Positions 45,858-54,087 of a stretch of 64,000 nt of DNA are shown in pieces; the first letter of the stretch is position 1; every line of letters begins with the position of its first letter. A program made the position numbers and the translations under genes. The notes under the pieces were generated by a model, which worked only from the letters and a program-made list of their open reading frames with translations, had not been told where the DNA came from and did not search any database. The stretch is from Oscillospiraceae bacterium (lineage in GTDB: Bacteria; Bacillota; Clostridia; Monoglobales; Monoglobaceae): contig SVKF01000004.1 in the NCBI GenBank assembly GCA_015068605.1, forward strand, positions 41,949 through 105,948. Direction: 5' to 3'.

Positions 45858-46235
45858 TTACTTTAAAACTGGCAAAATCTTTTCAACATCGCCATGAGGT
45901 CTTGGGATTACGTGTGTAGCCACGAGTTCGCCAAGCTTTGACGCTGAAACGCTACCTGCTTCAACAGCAGCCTTAACAGCACCAACATCACCACGAACCA
46001 TAACGCTTACGAGACCAGAACCGATTTTTTCTGTTCCGATAAGTGTTACATTAGCAGCCTTAACCATAGCATCTGCAGCTTCGATTGCAGCAACCAAACC
46101 TCTTGTTTCAACCATACCTAATGCTTCTTTAACCATTACAATTTCCTCCTTGATTATTTTAGTTTCATTATTTTCAACATTAACTTTTTCCGCCGCCTTT
46201 GTTTTCGGCGTTGCTTTTTTTGCTGTACTTGCCAT
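45858..46235 (-). CDS. BMC-H shell protein with an optional 33 aa Lys/Ala/Thr-rich N-terminal extension
   Basis: Canonical core [30 protein letters not shown]...[13 protein letters not shown]. Both ATG 46235 (AGGAG, 10 nt) and internal ATG 46136 (AAGGAGG, 8 nt) have an SD. Confidence 0.9.
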   Translation of the reverse strand: MASTAKKATPKTKAAEKVNVENNETKIIKEEIVMVKEALGMVETRGLVAAIEAADAMVKAANVTLIGTEKIGSGLVSVMVRGDVGAVKAAVEAGSVSASKLGELVATHVIPRPHGDVEKILPVLK

Positions 46236-46252
46236 TCTTTATCAACTCCTGA

Positions 46253-46528
46253 TTAGATGGTAGGTAAAATTTTCTCAACATCGCTGTGTGGTCTTGGGAT
46301 TACGTGAACAGCAACGAGTTCACCAAGTCTCTGAGCTGAAGCAGCTCCGGCTTCTGTTGCAGCCTTAACTGCGCCAACATCACCGCGAACCATAACACTT
46401 ACAAGACCTGAACCGATTTTTTCTGTTCCGATAAGAACAACTTCTGCTGCCTTTACCATTGAATCAGCAGCCTCGATTGCAGCTGTTAAACCTCTTGTTT
46501 CAATCATTCCTAATGCTTCCTGTGCCAT
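46253..46528 (-). CDS. BMC-H shell protein (PduA/EutM-like)
   Basis: 91 aa. [30 protein letters not shown]...[13 protein letters not shown]. Confidence 0.93.
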   Translation of the reverse strand: MAQEALGMIETRGLTAAIEAADSMVKAAEVVLIGTEKIGSGLVSVMVRGDVGAVKAATEAGAASAQRLGELVAVHVIPRPHSDVEKILPTI

Positions 46529-46558
46529 AATAATATTTCCTCCTAAAATTTAATTAAC

Positions 46559-47755
46559 TTATTTATTTATTATTGCAATCTTAAGACCTTCCATTTTAAG
46601 GTTTGTCTCAAGTGCTTCATTGATTTCTTCAAGCGGATACTTATGTGTTATAAGCTTTTCCATAGGAAGACCGATTGCCTTCGCTCTCTTTAAGAAGTCA
46701 AAAGTTGTTGCGTAGTCACGGAGTGTATAAACCCATGAACCAACAGTTGTAATTTCCTTTGCGCAAATGTCAAAGTGCGGATTGATTGTTGCATCGCCAC
46801 CGTTAATAAAGAAACCAAGCTCACAAAGACCGCCACCGCTACGAATAAACTTGTAGATATTGCTGTGTGCAACAGGTGAACCTGTACACTGGAATGCAAA
46901 ATCTGCAAAATATCCGCCAAACGCTTTCTTAACACCCTCAGCCAATTCTTCTGCACCTTTATACTCTTTAAAGTTAACTGTGTTATCAGCGCCCATTTCC
47001 TTTGCGAAAGCCAAACGCTTTTCTTCACCGTCAACCGCAACGATATTCTCAATACCCATAGTTCTGAGAATTGCGATACAGATAAGACCGATAGGTCCGC
47101 AACCCTGAACAACAACACGGCTGTTAAATCTTAAAATACCTGTTGTTTTCGCTCTTTCAACAGCATGAATCAATACTGCGCAAGGTTCGATTAAAATTCT
47201 TGATTCTAAATCAAGGTCACTTACATTAAAGATTGTTGAACCGCCACGAACCAAAATATAGTCGCCAAACCAGCCATTCATATGAATTTCATCGTCCGGG
47301 ATAAGTCCGTATACATCTGCGCCGCCAACATTCTGCTTATTTAAGTCAAACATTGTAATATCCGGATTATCCGCAAATATCATACAAGTTACAACCTTAT
47401 CGCCGATGTTAAGAGGCTTACCAGCGCTGTCAACCTTAACATTTTTACCCATTTTAACGACTTCGCCTGTTCCTTCGTGTCCGAGAGCAACAGGGATAAG
47501 ACCGAACGGGTCACGCTTAAATTCGTGTGCATCTGTTCCGCACACACCGCAACCTTCAACCTTAACCAAAATATCATCATCACCGATTGGTGGGATTGGG
47601 TATTCTTTTAATTCAAATTTTTCAAGAGCAGTAAGCATTGCAACTCTGCCTGTTTTCGGAACTTCGCCCGAAGCTTTTGGTGCAGCACTTCCGCCTTGCA
47701 TTCCCTGAAGAACTTTTTTAACGATTTCTTCAATGTTCTGAGAATTTATATCCAT
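46559..47755 (-). CDS. Zinc-dependent medium-chain alcohol dehydrogenase with an N-terminal encapsulation-peptide-like extension
   Basis: GCGVCGTDAHEF and GHEGTGEV Zn motifs; GCGPIG Rossmann motif. About 35 aa leader MDINSQNIEEIVKKVLQGMQGGSAAPKASG. Confidence 0.88.
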   Translation of the reverse strand: MDINSQNIEEIVKKVLQGMQGGSAAPKASGEVPKTGRVAMLTALEKFELKEYPIPPIGDDDILVKVEGCGVCGTDAHEFKRDPFGLIPVALGHEGTGEVVKMGKNVKVDSAGKPLNIGDKVVTCMIFADNPDITMFDLNKQNVGGADVYGLIPDDEIHMNGWFGDYILVRGGSTIFNVSDLDLESRILIEPCAVLIHAVERAKTTGILRFNSRVVVQGCGPIGLICIAILRTMGIENIVAVDGEEKRLAFAKEMGADNTVNFKEYKGAEELAEGVKKAFGGYFADFAFQCTGSPVAHSNIYKFIRSGGGLCELGFFINGGDATINPHFDICAKEITTVGSWVYTLRDYATTFDFLKRAKAIGLPMEKLITHKYPLEEINEALETNLKMEGLKIAIINK

Positions 47756-47765
47756 AATACACCTC

Positions 47766-48278
47766 TTACTTATTTAATTCTTCAACTAATTTATCAAATA
47801 CCATTTTGCCGTAATCTGCAAGATATGTATCCTGTTCTTCCGTTCCTCCCGAAACACCGAGACCGCCAATTATCTTTCCGTTCTGAGAAAGAGGCACGCC
47901 TCCGCCAAAGATAACAATCTGTCCGCCGTTTGTGAACTGAATTCCGTAAAGGGATTCGCCCGGCTGACTGAGTTTTTTCAGCTCCTTTGTCGGCATTTTA
48001 AGAGAAACAACCGTATATGCTTTATTTAAAGCCACATCATAGCTTGCTATATACGAGTCATCCATTGCGCTTACCAAAACAGGTCTCGCACCTGAATTTG
48101 ACACGGCAACAACGGCATTAACGCCCATTTCCTTCGCCTTTTCCTCAACTGCATAAGACAGCGCTTTTGCAATATTTAAGGTCATTTTCGGCTCAGGCAT
48201 AAAGGCTTTTTCAGAGGATGATGCAAGGATTTCTTTAACGGTTTTTGAAACAATACCGATAATTTCCTCGTTCTTCAT
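47766..48278 (-). CDS. DUF336 / GlcG / PduO-C-terminal-like heme-binding family protein
   Basis: GGGVPL..NGKIIGGLGVSGGTEEQD is the typical DUF336 signature. N-terminal EEIIGIVSKTVKEIL amphipathic helix. Confidence 0.8.
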   Translation of the reverse strand: MKNEEIIGIVSKTVKEILASSSEKAFMPEPKMTLNIAKALSYAVEEKAKEMGVNAVVAVSNSGARPVLVSAMDDSYIASYDVALNKAYTVVSLKMPTKELKKLSQPGESLYGIQFTNGGQIVIFGGGVPLSQNGKIIGGLGVSGGTEEQDTYLADYGKMVFDKLVEELNK

Positions 48279-48289
48279 CGTCTTTCCTC

Positions 48290-49090
48290 CTATTTATTGA
48301 GTGATGCAAGCACTTTCTTTGTGATTTCAGCAACTAAATCAGAGTCAGAAGCCTCTGTCTTTGGAAGGTTGCAAGCGCCACAGTTATGACAGCTTGTTTC
48401 ACCGTTCTTGTTTCTTGCACAAACATCTGCCGGATGCTTTCCTGATAAGCCGAACTGACGACGGATTTCATAAAGTCTTTCAACCTGAGTGTTAGAAAGC
48501 TCCTTAGGACCGCCGAGCTGTCTTGCCTTAAAGAGAAGCTCTGCATAGAATTCAAGGGATTCCATCTTGTGGTAAGCCGCAAGAAGAGAATCAGAATATG
48601 CAAGTGCACCGTGGTTTGCAAGAAGAACTGCATCAAAATATGGGAGATACTTTTCAACTGCGTCAGGAATTTCCATTGTTGATGGTGTGCCGTATTCTGC
48701 AATCGGAACGCAACCGAGTGCAATAACCGCTTCAGGCATAATCGGCTGTGTAAGCGGAATACCTGCGATTGCAAAGCTTGTTGCATAAATCGGGTGAGCA
48801 TGAACAACTGATTTAACATCAGGACGCTGCTCATAAACTCTCATATGCATCTTGATTTCAGAAGATGGCTTAAAGTTTCCGTTAGCCTGAATAACATTAC
48901 CCTTAGCATCAACCTTACAGATATATTCAGGTGTCATAAAGCCCTTACTTACGCCTGTTGGTGTGCAAAGGAATTCATTGTCAGAGATTTTAACAGAAAT
49001 GTTACCATCATTTGCAGCAACCATGCCTCTGTCATAAATTCTCTTACCGATGTCACAAATTTGTTTTTTGATTTCGTATTCAGATACCAT
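48290..49090 (-). CDS. Class II aldolase (L-fuculose-1-P / L-rhamnulose-1-P aldolase type) with a Cys4 and encapsulation-peptide tail
   Basis: NDGNISV, HAHP and ANHG class II aldolase blocks. C-terminal CARNKNGETSCHNCGAC followed by DLVAEITKKVLASL. ATG at 49090; the track start at 49102 is a GTG inside the SD. Confidence 0.88.
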   Translation of the reverse strand: MVSEYEIKKQICDIGKRIYDRGMVAANDGNISVKISDNEFLCTPTGVSKGFMTPEYICKVDAKGNVIQANGNFKPSSEIKMHMRVYEQRPDVKSVVHAHPIYATSFAIAGIPLTQPIMPEAVIALGCVPIAEYGTPSTMEIPDAVEKYLPYFDAVLLANHGALAYSDSLLAAYHKMESLEFYAELLFKARQLGGPKELSNTQVERLYEIRRQFGLSGKHPADVCARNKNGETSCHNCGACNLPKTEASDSDLVAEITKKVLASLNK

Positions 49091-49147
49091 ATCAAATAAC
49101 ACTCCTTTTTATATGAATTTTAATTATTTACATATTCGCATATCTTA

Positions 49148-49176
49148 ATTCTAACACTTTGTTATAAATATGTCAA
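49148..49176 (-). promoter_or_regulatory. Internal sigma-A promoter candidate in the BMC locus, upstream of the aldolase gene
   Basis: Minus strand reads TTGACA (complement of 49171-49176), 17 nt spacer, TAGAAT (complement of 49148-49153). Preceded by a duplicated A-rich tract at 49181-49222. Confidence 0.5.
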
Positions 49177-49229
49177 TAGGTTTTTTGTTGTTTTTTCTGT
49201 TTTTTTGTTGTTTTTTATTTGAAAACCAA

Positions 49230-49655
49230 TTATTTGTTCAAATATTCGATTAAATCGTTTACGCCAAATCCTGTAACCGAGTCAACTCTGAACACTTTTT
49301 TGCAACCCGAAAGCCTGAGCCAGTTTTCGGCTCTGTCAGGGTTTGCCCCATCCTGCTCCGACTTTGTTACAATCCCGATAACCTCACGGTTAACCATACA
49401 GGTTACGCAGGGCGGAAACAAGGAATATTCTTCCGTTGCGCTGATTAAAAGTCCGACTATATCCGCTTCATAAGAATACAGCGCCAATGCTCTGCCTAAA
49501 TGCTGAGTCTGGGCGTATTCTCCCGGAGTATCAATCAGGCAGTTATTGAATTTTATGTATTGAGTTTTGTCATAGCTTATCTTCTCCCCACGAAGGACTT
49601 GTGTCAGCGTGGTTTTTCCGCTTTCGCTACGCCCCATTAAAATTAGCTTCTTCAT
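49230..49655 (-). CDS. pduV: EutP/PduV-family small GTPase
   Basis: P-loop GRSESGKTTL and DTPGEY. 141 aa. Confidence 0.85.
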   Translation of the reverse strand: MKKLILMGRSESGKTTLTQVLRGEKISYDKTQYIKFNNCLIDTPGEYAQTQHLGRALALYSYEADIVGLLISATEEYSLFPPCVTCMVNREVIGIVTKSEQDGANPDRAENWLRLSGCKKVFRVDSVTGFGVNDLIEYLNK

Positions 49656-50026
49656 TATGTTTTAGTTATGGGGCAAACGGTAAAGCCCAAAGTCTGCTCA
49701 CAATATTCAACCAACGAAGAAAGGGAAGCGGAAACATCGGAAATGCTACCCGTTACGATAAGCGTACCGCTGAAACGGTCAACAAAGCCAAGTTCAACAC
49801 CCGAAGATTTAATCGCTATATCCCCTGCAATAATTGCAGTTTCACTTGGGGACATCGTAACAATCCCGATTGCGGATTTTGAATAGTCAATAGCCGGGTC
49901 AAGACCAAGCTTTTTATATAGAATATCGTCAGGATTTGCAATTATATGCGCAATGGTTATCTGCTTGCCCGGAACAAGCTCCTGAACAATTCGCATTTTA
50001 TCCTGCATCGAAAGGTCATAATTCAT
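49655..50026 (-). CDS. pduU: Circularly permuted BMC shell protein (PduU/EutS type)
   Basis: 123 aa. RIVQELVPGKQITIAHIIANP...IGIVTMSP.ETAIIAGDIA.K is characteristic of PduU/EutS. Confidence 0.88.
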   Translation of the reverse strand: MNYDLSMQDKMRIVQELVPGKQITIAHIIANPDDILYKKLGLDPAIDYSKSAIGIVTMSPSETAIIAGDIAIKSSGVELGFVDRFSGTLIVTGSISDVSASLSSLVEYCEQTLGFTVCPITKT

Positions 50027-50030
50027 TGGC

Positions 50031-50819
50031 TTATCCTCCTATCTGTCCGTCAAGACCTGTTTCATTAACAACCGCTAAAAGCTTCTGCATATGCTCTGCC
50101 GTTGGCGGTTTTAAATCTTTAAGTTCATACTTTCTTCCCAAGCCCTCATACTTATCCATTCCGAAATTATGATATGGCAAGAGGTGAAGTCTTTTAACTC
50201 CTTTAAGGCTCTTGGCAAATTCAGCAATCGCCTTGATTTCCTCAACCGTATCATTAAATGTTGGGATAACGGGAACTCTTATGATAAGCTCCTTCGCATT
50301 CTCGGCAATCTTTCTTGCATTTTCAAGAATTCTCTCATTAGGCTGGGAAGTAAACTCCTTATGCTTATAGGAGTTTATATGTTTTATATCCATAAGGACG
50401 GTGTCAACATACGGCAGTATCTTTTCAATAACCTCGTATTCTGCAAAACCTGTTGTTTCAATCGCCGTATTTATTCCGTTATCTTTACAGCCTTCAAGCA
50501 AAGCCGTTGCAAACCTAATCTGGCAAAGACACTCTCCGCCGGACAGCGTAACCCCGCCTCCGCTTCGTCTGTAATAGGGCATATCTTTTTTAATCTTCCC
50601 GATAACTTCCCCGACGGTTATGTCCTGACCAACAGTCTTTTCCACTCCGCCTGTTACCATCGTCTGAATTTTATATTCCTGGGATTCAGGATTGCAACAC
50701 CATTTGCATCTTAAATAACAACCTTTTAAGAATACAATGGTTCTTATTCCCGGCCCGTCATGAACCGAAAACTTCTGAATATTGAATATCCGTCCCGAAA
50801 CATCATTATAATTACTCAT
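50031..50819 (-). CDS. Glycyl-radical enzyme activating enzyme (radical SAM)
   Basis: CYLRCKWCCNPES (Cx3Cx2C), GGVTLSGGE. Adjacent to the GRE gene. Confidence 0.93.
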   Translation of the reverse strand: MSNYNDVSGRIFNIQKFSVHDGPGIRTIVFLKGCYLRCKWCCNPESQEYKIQTMVTGGVEKTVGQDITVGEVIGKIKKDMPYYRRSGGGVTLSGGECLCQIRFATALLEGCKDNGINTAIETTGFAEYEVIEKILPYVDTVLMDIKHINSYKHKEFTSQPNERILENARKIAENAKELIIRVPVIPTFNDTVEEIKAIAEFAKSLKGVKRLHLLPYHNFGMDKYEGLGRKYELKDLKPPTAEHMQKLLAVVNETGLDGQIGG

Positions 50820-50833
50820 TTATGTCCTCCAAA

Positions 50834-53353
50834 TCAGAAGTTCATTTGCTCCGTTCTGTTGATAATATCATCCTGAAGTGATTTTGAAAGAGTTGTAAAG
50901 AGTGCACTGTAACCCGCAACACGAACAACAAGACTTTTATATTTTTCAGGATTTTTCTGTGCATCCTTAAGAGTTTCACGGCTTACAACATTAAACTGAA
51001 CATGACTTCCCTTCTGGTCGAAATATCCTCTTATAAGCGACACAAAGCTTTCAAGTCCTTCTCTTCCTGCAAGAGCTGTCGGGTGGAACTTCATATTAAA
51101 GAGCGTTCCGTTTGATGCAATAAAGTGGTCAAGTCTTGAAACCGAGTTAGCTGAAGCTGTTGGCCCGTTAACATCCTTTCCGGCAGACGGGGAAACACCG
51201 TCAGCAACAGGAGTTTTTGCATATCTTCCGTCAGGAGTTGCTCCTGTTTGTGCACCAAGCGGAACATTTGCAGAAACAGGATAAAGACCTGCCTGATATT
51301 TTCCGCCTCTCGGATTTGTATACTTTTCAAGAGGTTTTGTATATGTATAAGCAACATCTCTTGCGAAACTGTCAACATCCTCAATATCGTTACCGAACTT
51401 CGGAATTTCGTCAATCATCTTTTTAATTTCAGCAGCTCTTAAGTTATCCGCATTTGCAGTTTCATTCTTCACACTGCTGTAAATTTCAGCAATCTTGTCT
51501 TCTGTAATCTTTACGCCTGCTTTTTCAAGCTCCTTAACAATCTGGACTGTAAGCTCCTCTGCGTTGTCGTCTCCTTTGCCGAAATTAGCTTCAAGGGCAT
51601 CTTTAAGCTCTGCCATTGTTATTTTCTTTTCGTCAAACACAAGCTTCTTAACCGCATAGAGGGCATCCGCCATATTGGCAACCCCAAACCCCTGCGGACC
51701 TGTAAAGTTATGAACTGCGCCGCCTTCCTGAACACTCTTTCCCTTTTTAATACAGTCATCAACCATTGTCGAAAGATAAGGAAGTGGACAACGCTTTGCG
51801 TGAGCAACATCTATGGCATTATCCGCATTAACCATAAGCTCAATCATATAGCTTGTCTGAGTTTTATATGCGTCATAGAACTCGTCAAAGGTTTTCATTT
51901 TAGTAACATCGCCCGTTTTAGGACCAATCTGAACACCCTTGTCAACACCGTTTGAGAAAACAAGCTCGAGTGGACGACACATATTAAAGAATGCCGCATC
52001 GTGCCAGCCGTCTGTTCTTCCCGGAGTCTGTGGTTCAACACAACCAATGATACAGAAGTTTCTCGCTTCGGCAAGTGTCAGACCTCTGTTTATAAGGGCA
52101 GGGATAATAACTTCATCATTATAGTAAGCCGGGAGACCAACACCTGTTCTTGTAAGCTCTGCCGCCTTAATCAAAAATTCGTGTGGTGAACCGTTCCATA
52201 CTCTCACAGAGAATGACGGCTGAGGCAATAAAACGTGCATTGTTGCCTGAATTGTCATAAAGGACAAATCATTTGTGGCATCAAGCCCCTCAGGTGTCTG
52301 ACCGCCTGCAATAAGATTTTGGAAAAGGCTGTAGCCTGCAAATCCTTCCGCAGATGCAAGGTCACGAACCTTACTTGAATCATTAAGCTTAACCCAGATA
52401 CAGTCAATAAGTTCCTGAGCAAAGTCGGGAGTTATTCTTCCGCTTTCCATATCCGCTTTATAATAAGGATACATATACTGGTCAAAACGCCCCGGAGAAA
52501 CCGAGTGACCGCTACCCTCAAGCTGAATCAACATTTGAACAAACCAGAATGACTGACAAGCTTCATAGAATGTTCTTGCCCCTTTAGCAGGAACACGGCG
52601 ACAGTTCTCCGAAATAATTTCAAGCTCACGGCGACGGGTACTGTCAGTTTCCTTTTCCGCCTCTGCTTTTGCAAGCTCTGCATATCTTTGCGCATAATCA
52701 ATCGCCGCTTCACAGCTTATGATAACCGCTTTTAAGAATGTTGCTCTTTCAATATAGTCTCCGTCAGAGATTTTGCATTTTTCAAGCTGGGCTTTAGCTT
52801 TTTCGATTATTCCCTCATAGCCAATTTCAAGGACCTCGCCGTATTTAACACTAATGTGTCCAACACCGTTATAGAAATAGTTTCCGGGTGTAAAAATATT
52901 ATGCTCGATTGCAAGCAAAGCTTTTTCATCCATATAGGATGTTGCGAGCTCACTTGAGGTTTTGCCTCTCCAGTATTTATGAACCTCCGCCAAAGCCTTC
53001 TTTGTTTCTTCCGAAATATGGAACGGGTCAGCAGACCTTGTGGCAAGAGTATCAAATTCATCTTCAAGCCACTGAAATGAATATTCCGGGAAAGTCTGAC
53101 AGCTTCTTGAAGTTTTTGTCGGACTTCCGACAACAAGCTCATTTGGTCTTATAACAATCGGGATATTCTTAAGAATATGAGCAAAAGCCTTCGCTCTTCT
53201 CATAATCATCGGCTCCGATTCCGTTGCCTTATATGATTCTGTAAGCAAGACCGCTCTCTCTGATTCAATCTCGGGCATCTTGTCGAAAAGTGCGTCAACA
53301 AGCTTTGTTATACGCTCCGTTTTTTCACAATCATAAATTCTGTATTTAGCCAT
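50834..53353 (-). CDS. Glycyl radical enzyme, diol-dehydratase-like (probable B12-independent 1,2-propanediol dehydratase)
   Basis: 839 aa. Glycyl radical motif VRVAGYSALF near the C-terminus. Thiyl loop IIGCVEPQTPG. Sits in an aldolase-containing BMC locus. Confidence 0.9.
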   Translation of the reverse strand: MAKYRIYDCEKTERITKLVDALFDKMPEIESERAVLLTESYKATESEPMIMRRAKAFAHILKNIPIVIRPNELVVGSPTKTSRSCQTFPEYSFQWLEDEFDTLATRSADPFHISEETKKALAEVHKYWRGKTSSELATSYMDEKALLAIEHNIFTPGNYFYNGVGHISVKYGEVLEIGYEGIIEKAKAQLEKCKISDGDYIERATFLKAVIISCEAAIDYAQRYAELAKAEAEKETDSTRRRELEIISENCRRVPAKGARTFYEACQSFWFVQMLIQLEGSGHSVSPGRFDQYMYPYYKADMESGRITPDFAQELIDCIWVKLNDSSKVRDLASAEGFAGYSLFQNLIAGGQTPEGLDATNDLSFMTIQATMHVLLPQPSFSVRVWNGSPHEFLIKAAELTRTGVGLPAYYNDEVIIPALINRGLTLAEARNFCIIGCVEPQTPGRTDGWHDAAFFNMCRPLELVFSNGVDKGVQIGPKTGDVTKMKTFDEFYDAYKTQTSYMIELMVNADNAIDVAHAKRCPLPYLSTMVDDCIKKGKSVQEGGAVHNFTGPQGFGVANMADALYAVKKLVFDEKKITMAELKDALEANFGKGDDNAEELTVQIVKELEKAGVKITEDKIAEIYSSVKNETANADNLRAAEIKKMIDEIPKFGNDIEDVDSFARDVAYTYTKPLEKYTNPRGGKYQAGLYPVSANVPLGAQTGATPDGRYAKTPVADGVSPSAGKDVNGPTASANSVSRLDHFIASNGTLFNMKFHPTALAGREGLESFVSLIRGYFDQKGSHVQFNVVSRETLKDAQKNPEKYKSLVVRVAGYSALFTTLSKSLQDDIINRTEQMNF

Positions 53354-54026
53354 TTATAAAGCCTCCTTGATTTTCAAGTATACGATAAACACTTTGGCAT
53401 ACATCCGCCGTGGTATATTTACAAATTCGTTTTATCTGCGGTTTTCCGCTTTCCATAGCATAGCTTTTCGGGATAAGCTTAAGCATTTCAATATCATTTA
53501 TGTTATCGCCAAAAGCCACAACATCCTTTTTGTCAATTTTAAGAATCCGCATAAGCTCCTTAAGCGCCGTCCCCTTATTCCTGCCGAACTTAACATATTC
53601 CTTTATGTCATCATCCTCATAAACACAGCTTAAATCTCTGTTTATTCGGATAACCTCCTCCGCTCTAACCGTTAAATCAGATTTTTTGACAACAATCTTA
53701 ACCGTATCGCCGAAAGAGTCGGAAATATATTCCGCATCAATTCCAAACCTCTTAAAACAACTGTCGATTATCTTTTTGTCAATTACCTCTTTATGAAGAA
53801 CTTCCCTATTATACATAATAAAAGTTCCGTCGCAGGCAACAAAAATAACATCATTTTTGACTTTTTCAAAGATTTTCCCAAGCTCGCAAACTTTCCTTCC
53901 GCTTGCAACGGCAAAGAAAATCCCGTTTTTCCTGAGGGTTTTAATCATTTCAATGACATTGTCAGGCAGAGAATTATGCCCGTTTATAAGCGTTCCGTCA
54001 AGGTCGCTCACAACCAATTTAAGCAT
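53346..54026 (-). CDS. HAD-superfamily hydrolase (Cof-like phosphatase), first gene of the BMC locus
   Basis: Motif I VSDLDGTL; motif IV GDNINDIEM. Its stop overlaps the GRE start by 8 nt (ATGGCTAA). Confidence 0.85.
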   Translation of the reverse strand: MLKLVVSDLDGTLINGHNSLPDNVIEMIKTLRKNGIFFAVASGRKVCELGKIFEKVKNDVIFVACDGTFIMYNREVLHKEVIDKKIIDSCFKRFGIDAEYISDSFGDTVKIVVKKSDLTVRAEEVIRINRDLSCVYEDDDIKEYVKFGRNKGTALKELMRILKIDKKDVVAFGDNINDIEMLKLIPKSYAMESGKPQIKRICKYTTADVCQSVYRILENQGGFING

Positions 54027-54058
54027 ATTCCACCCCCGAATTATAAAACTACATTATT

Positions 54059-54087
54059 ATTTTACAATAATTCAAAAGCAAAGTCAA
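54059..54087 (-). promoter_or_regulatory. Sigma-A promoter candidate for the HAD-GRE transcription unit
   Basis: Minus strand reads TTGACT (complement of 54082-54087), 17 nt spacer ending in TG, TAAAAT (complement of 54059-54064). About 30 nt upstream of the HAD ATG. Confidence 0.5.

Noticed and set aside
48334-48834. 166 aa minus-strand ORF inside the aldolase gene, with similar internal alternative-frame ORFs in the ADH (46690-47118), GRE (51091-51414, 52807-53142) and folD (54450-55019) genes
   Set aside because: All are out-of-frame overlaps of strongly supported enzyme genes, have no SD, and encode low-complexity products.
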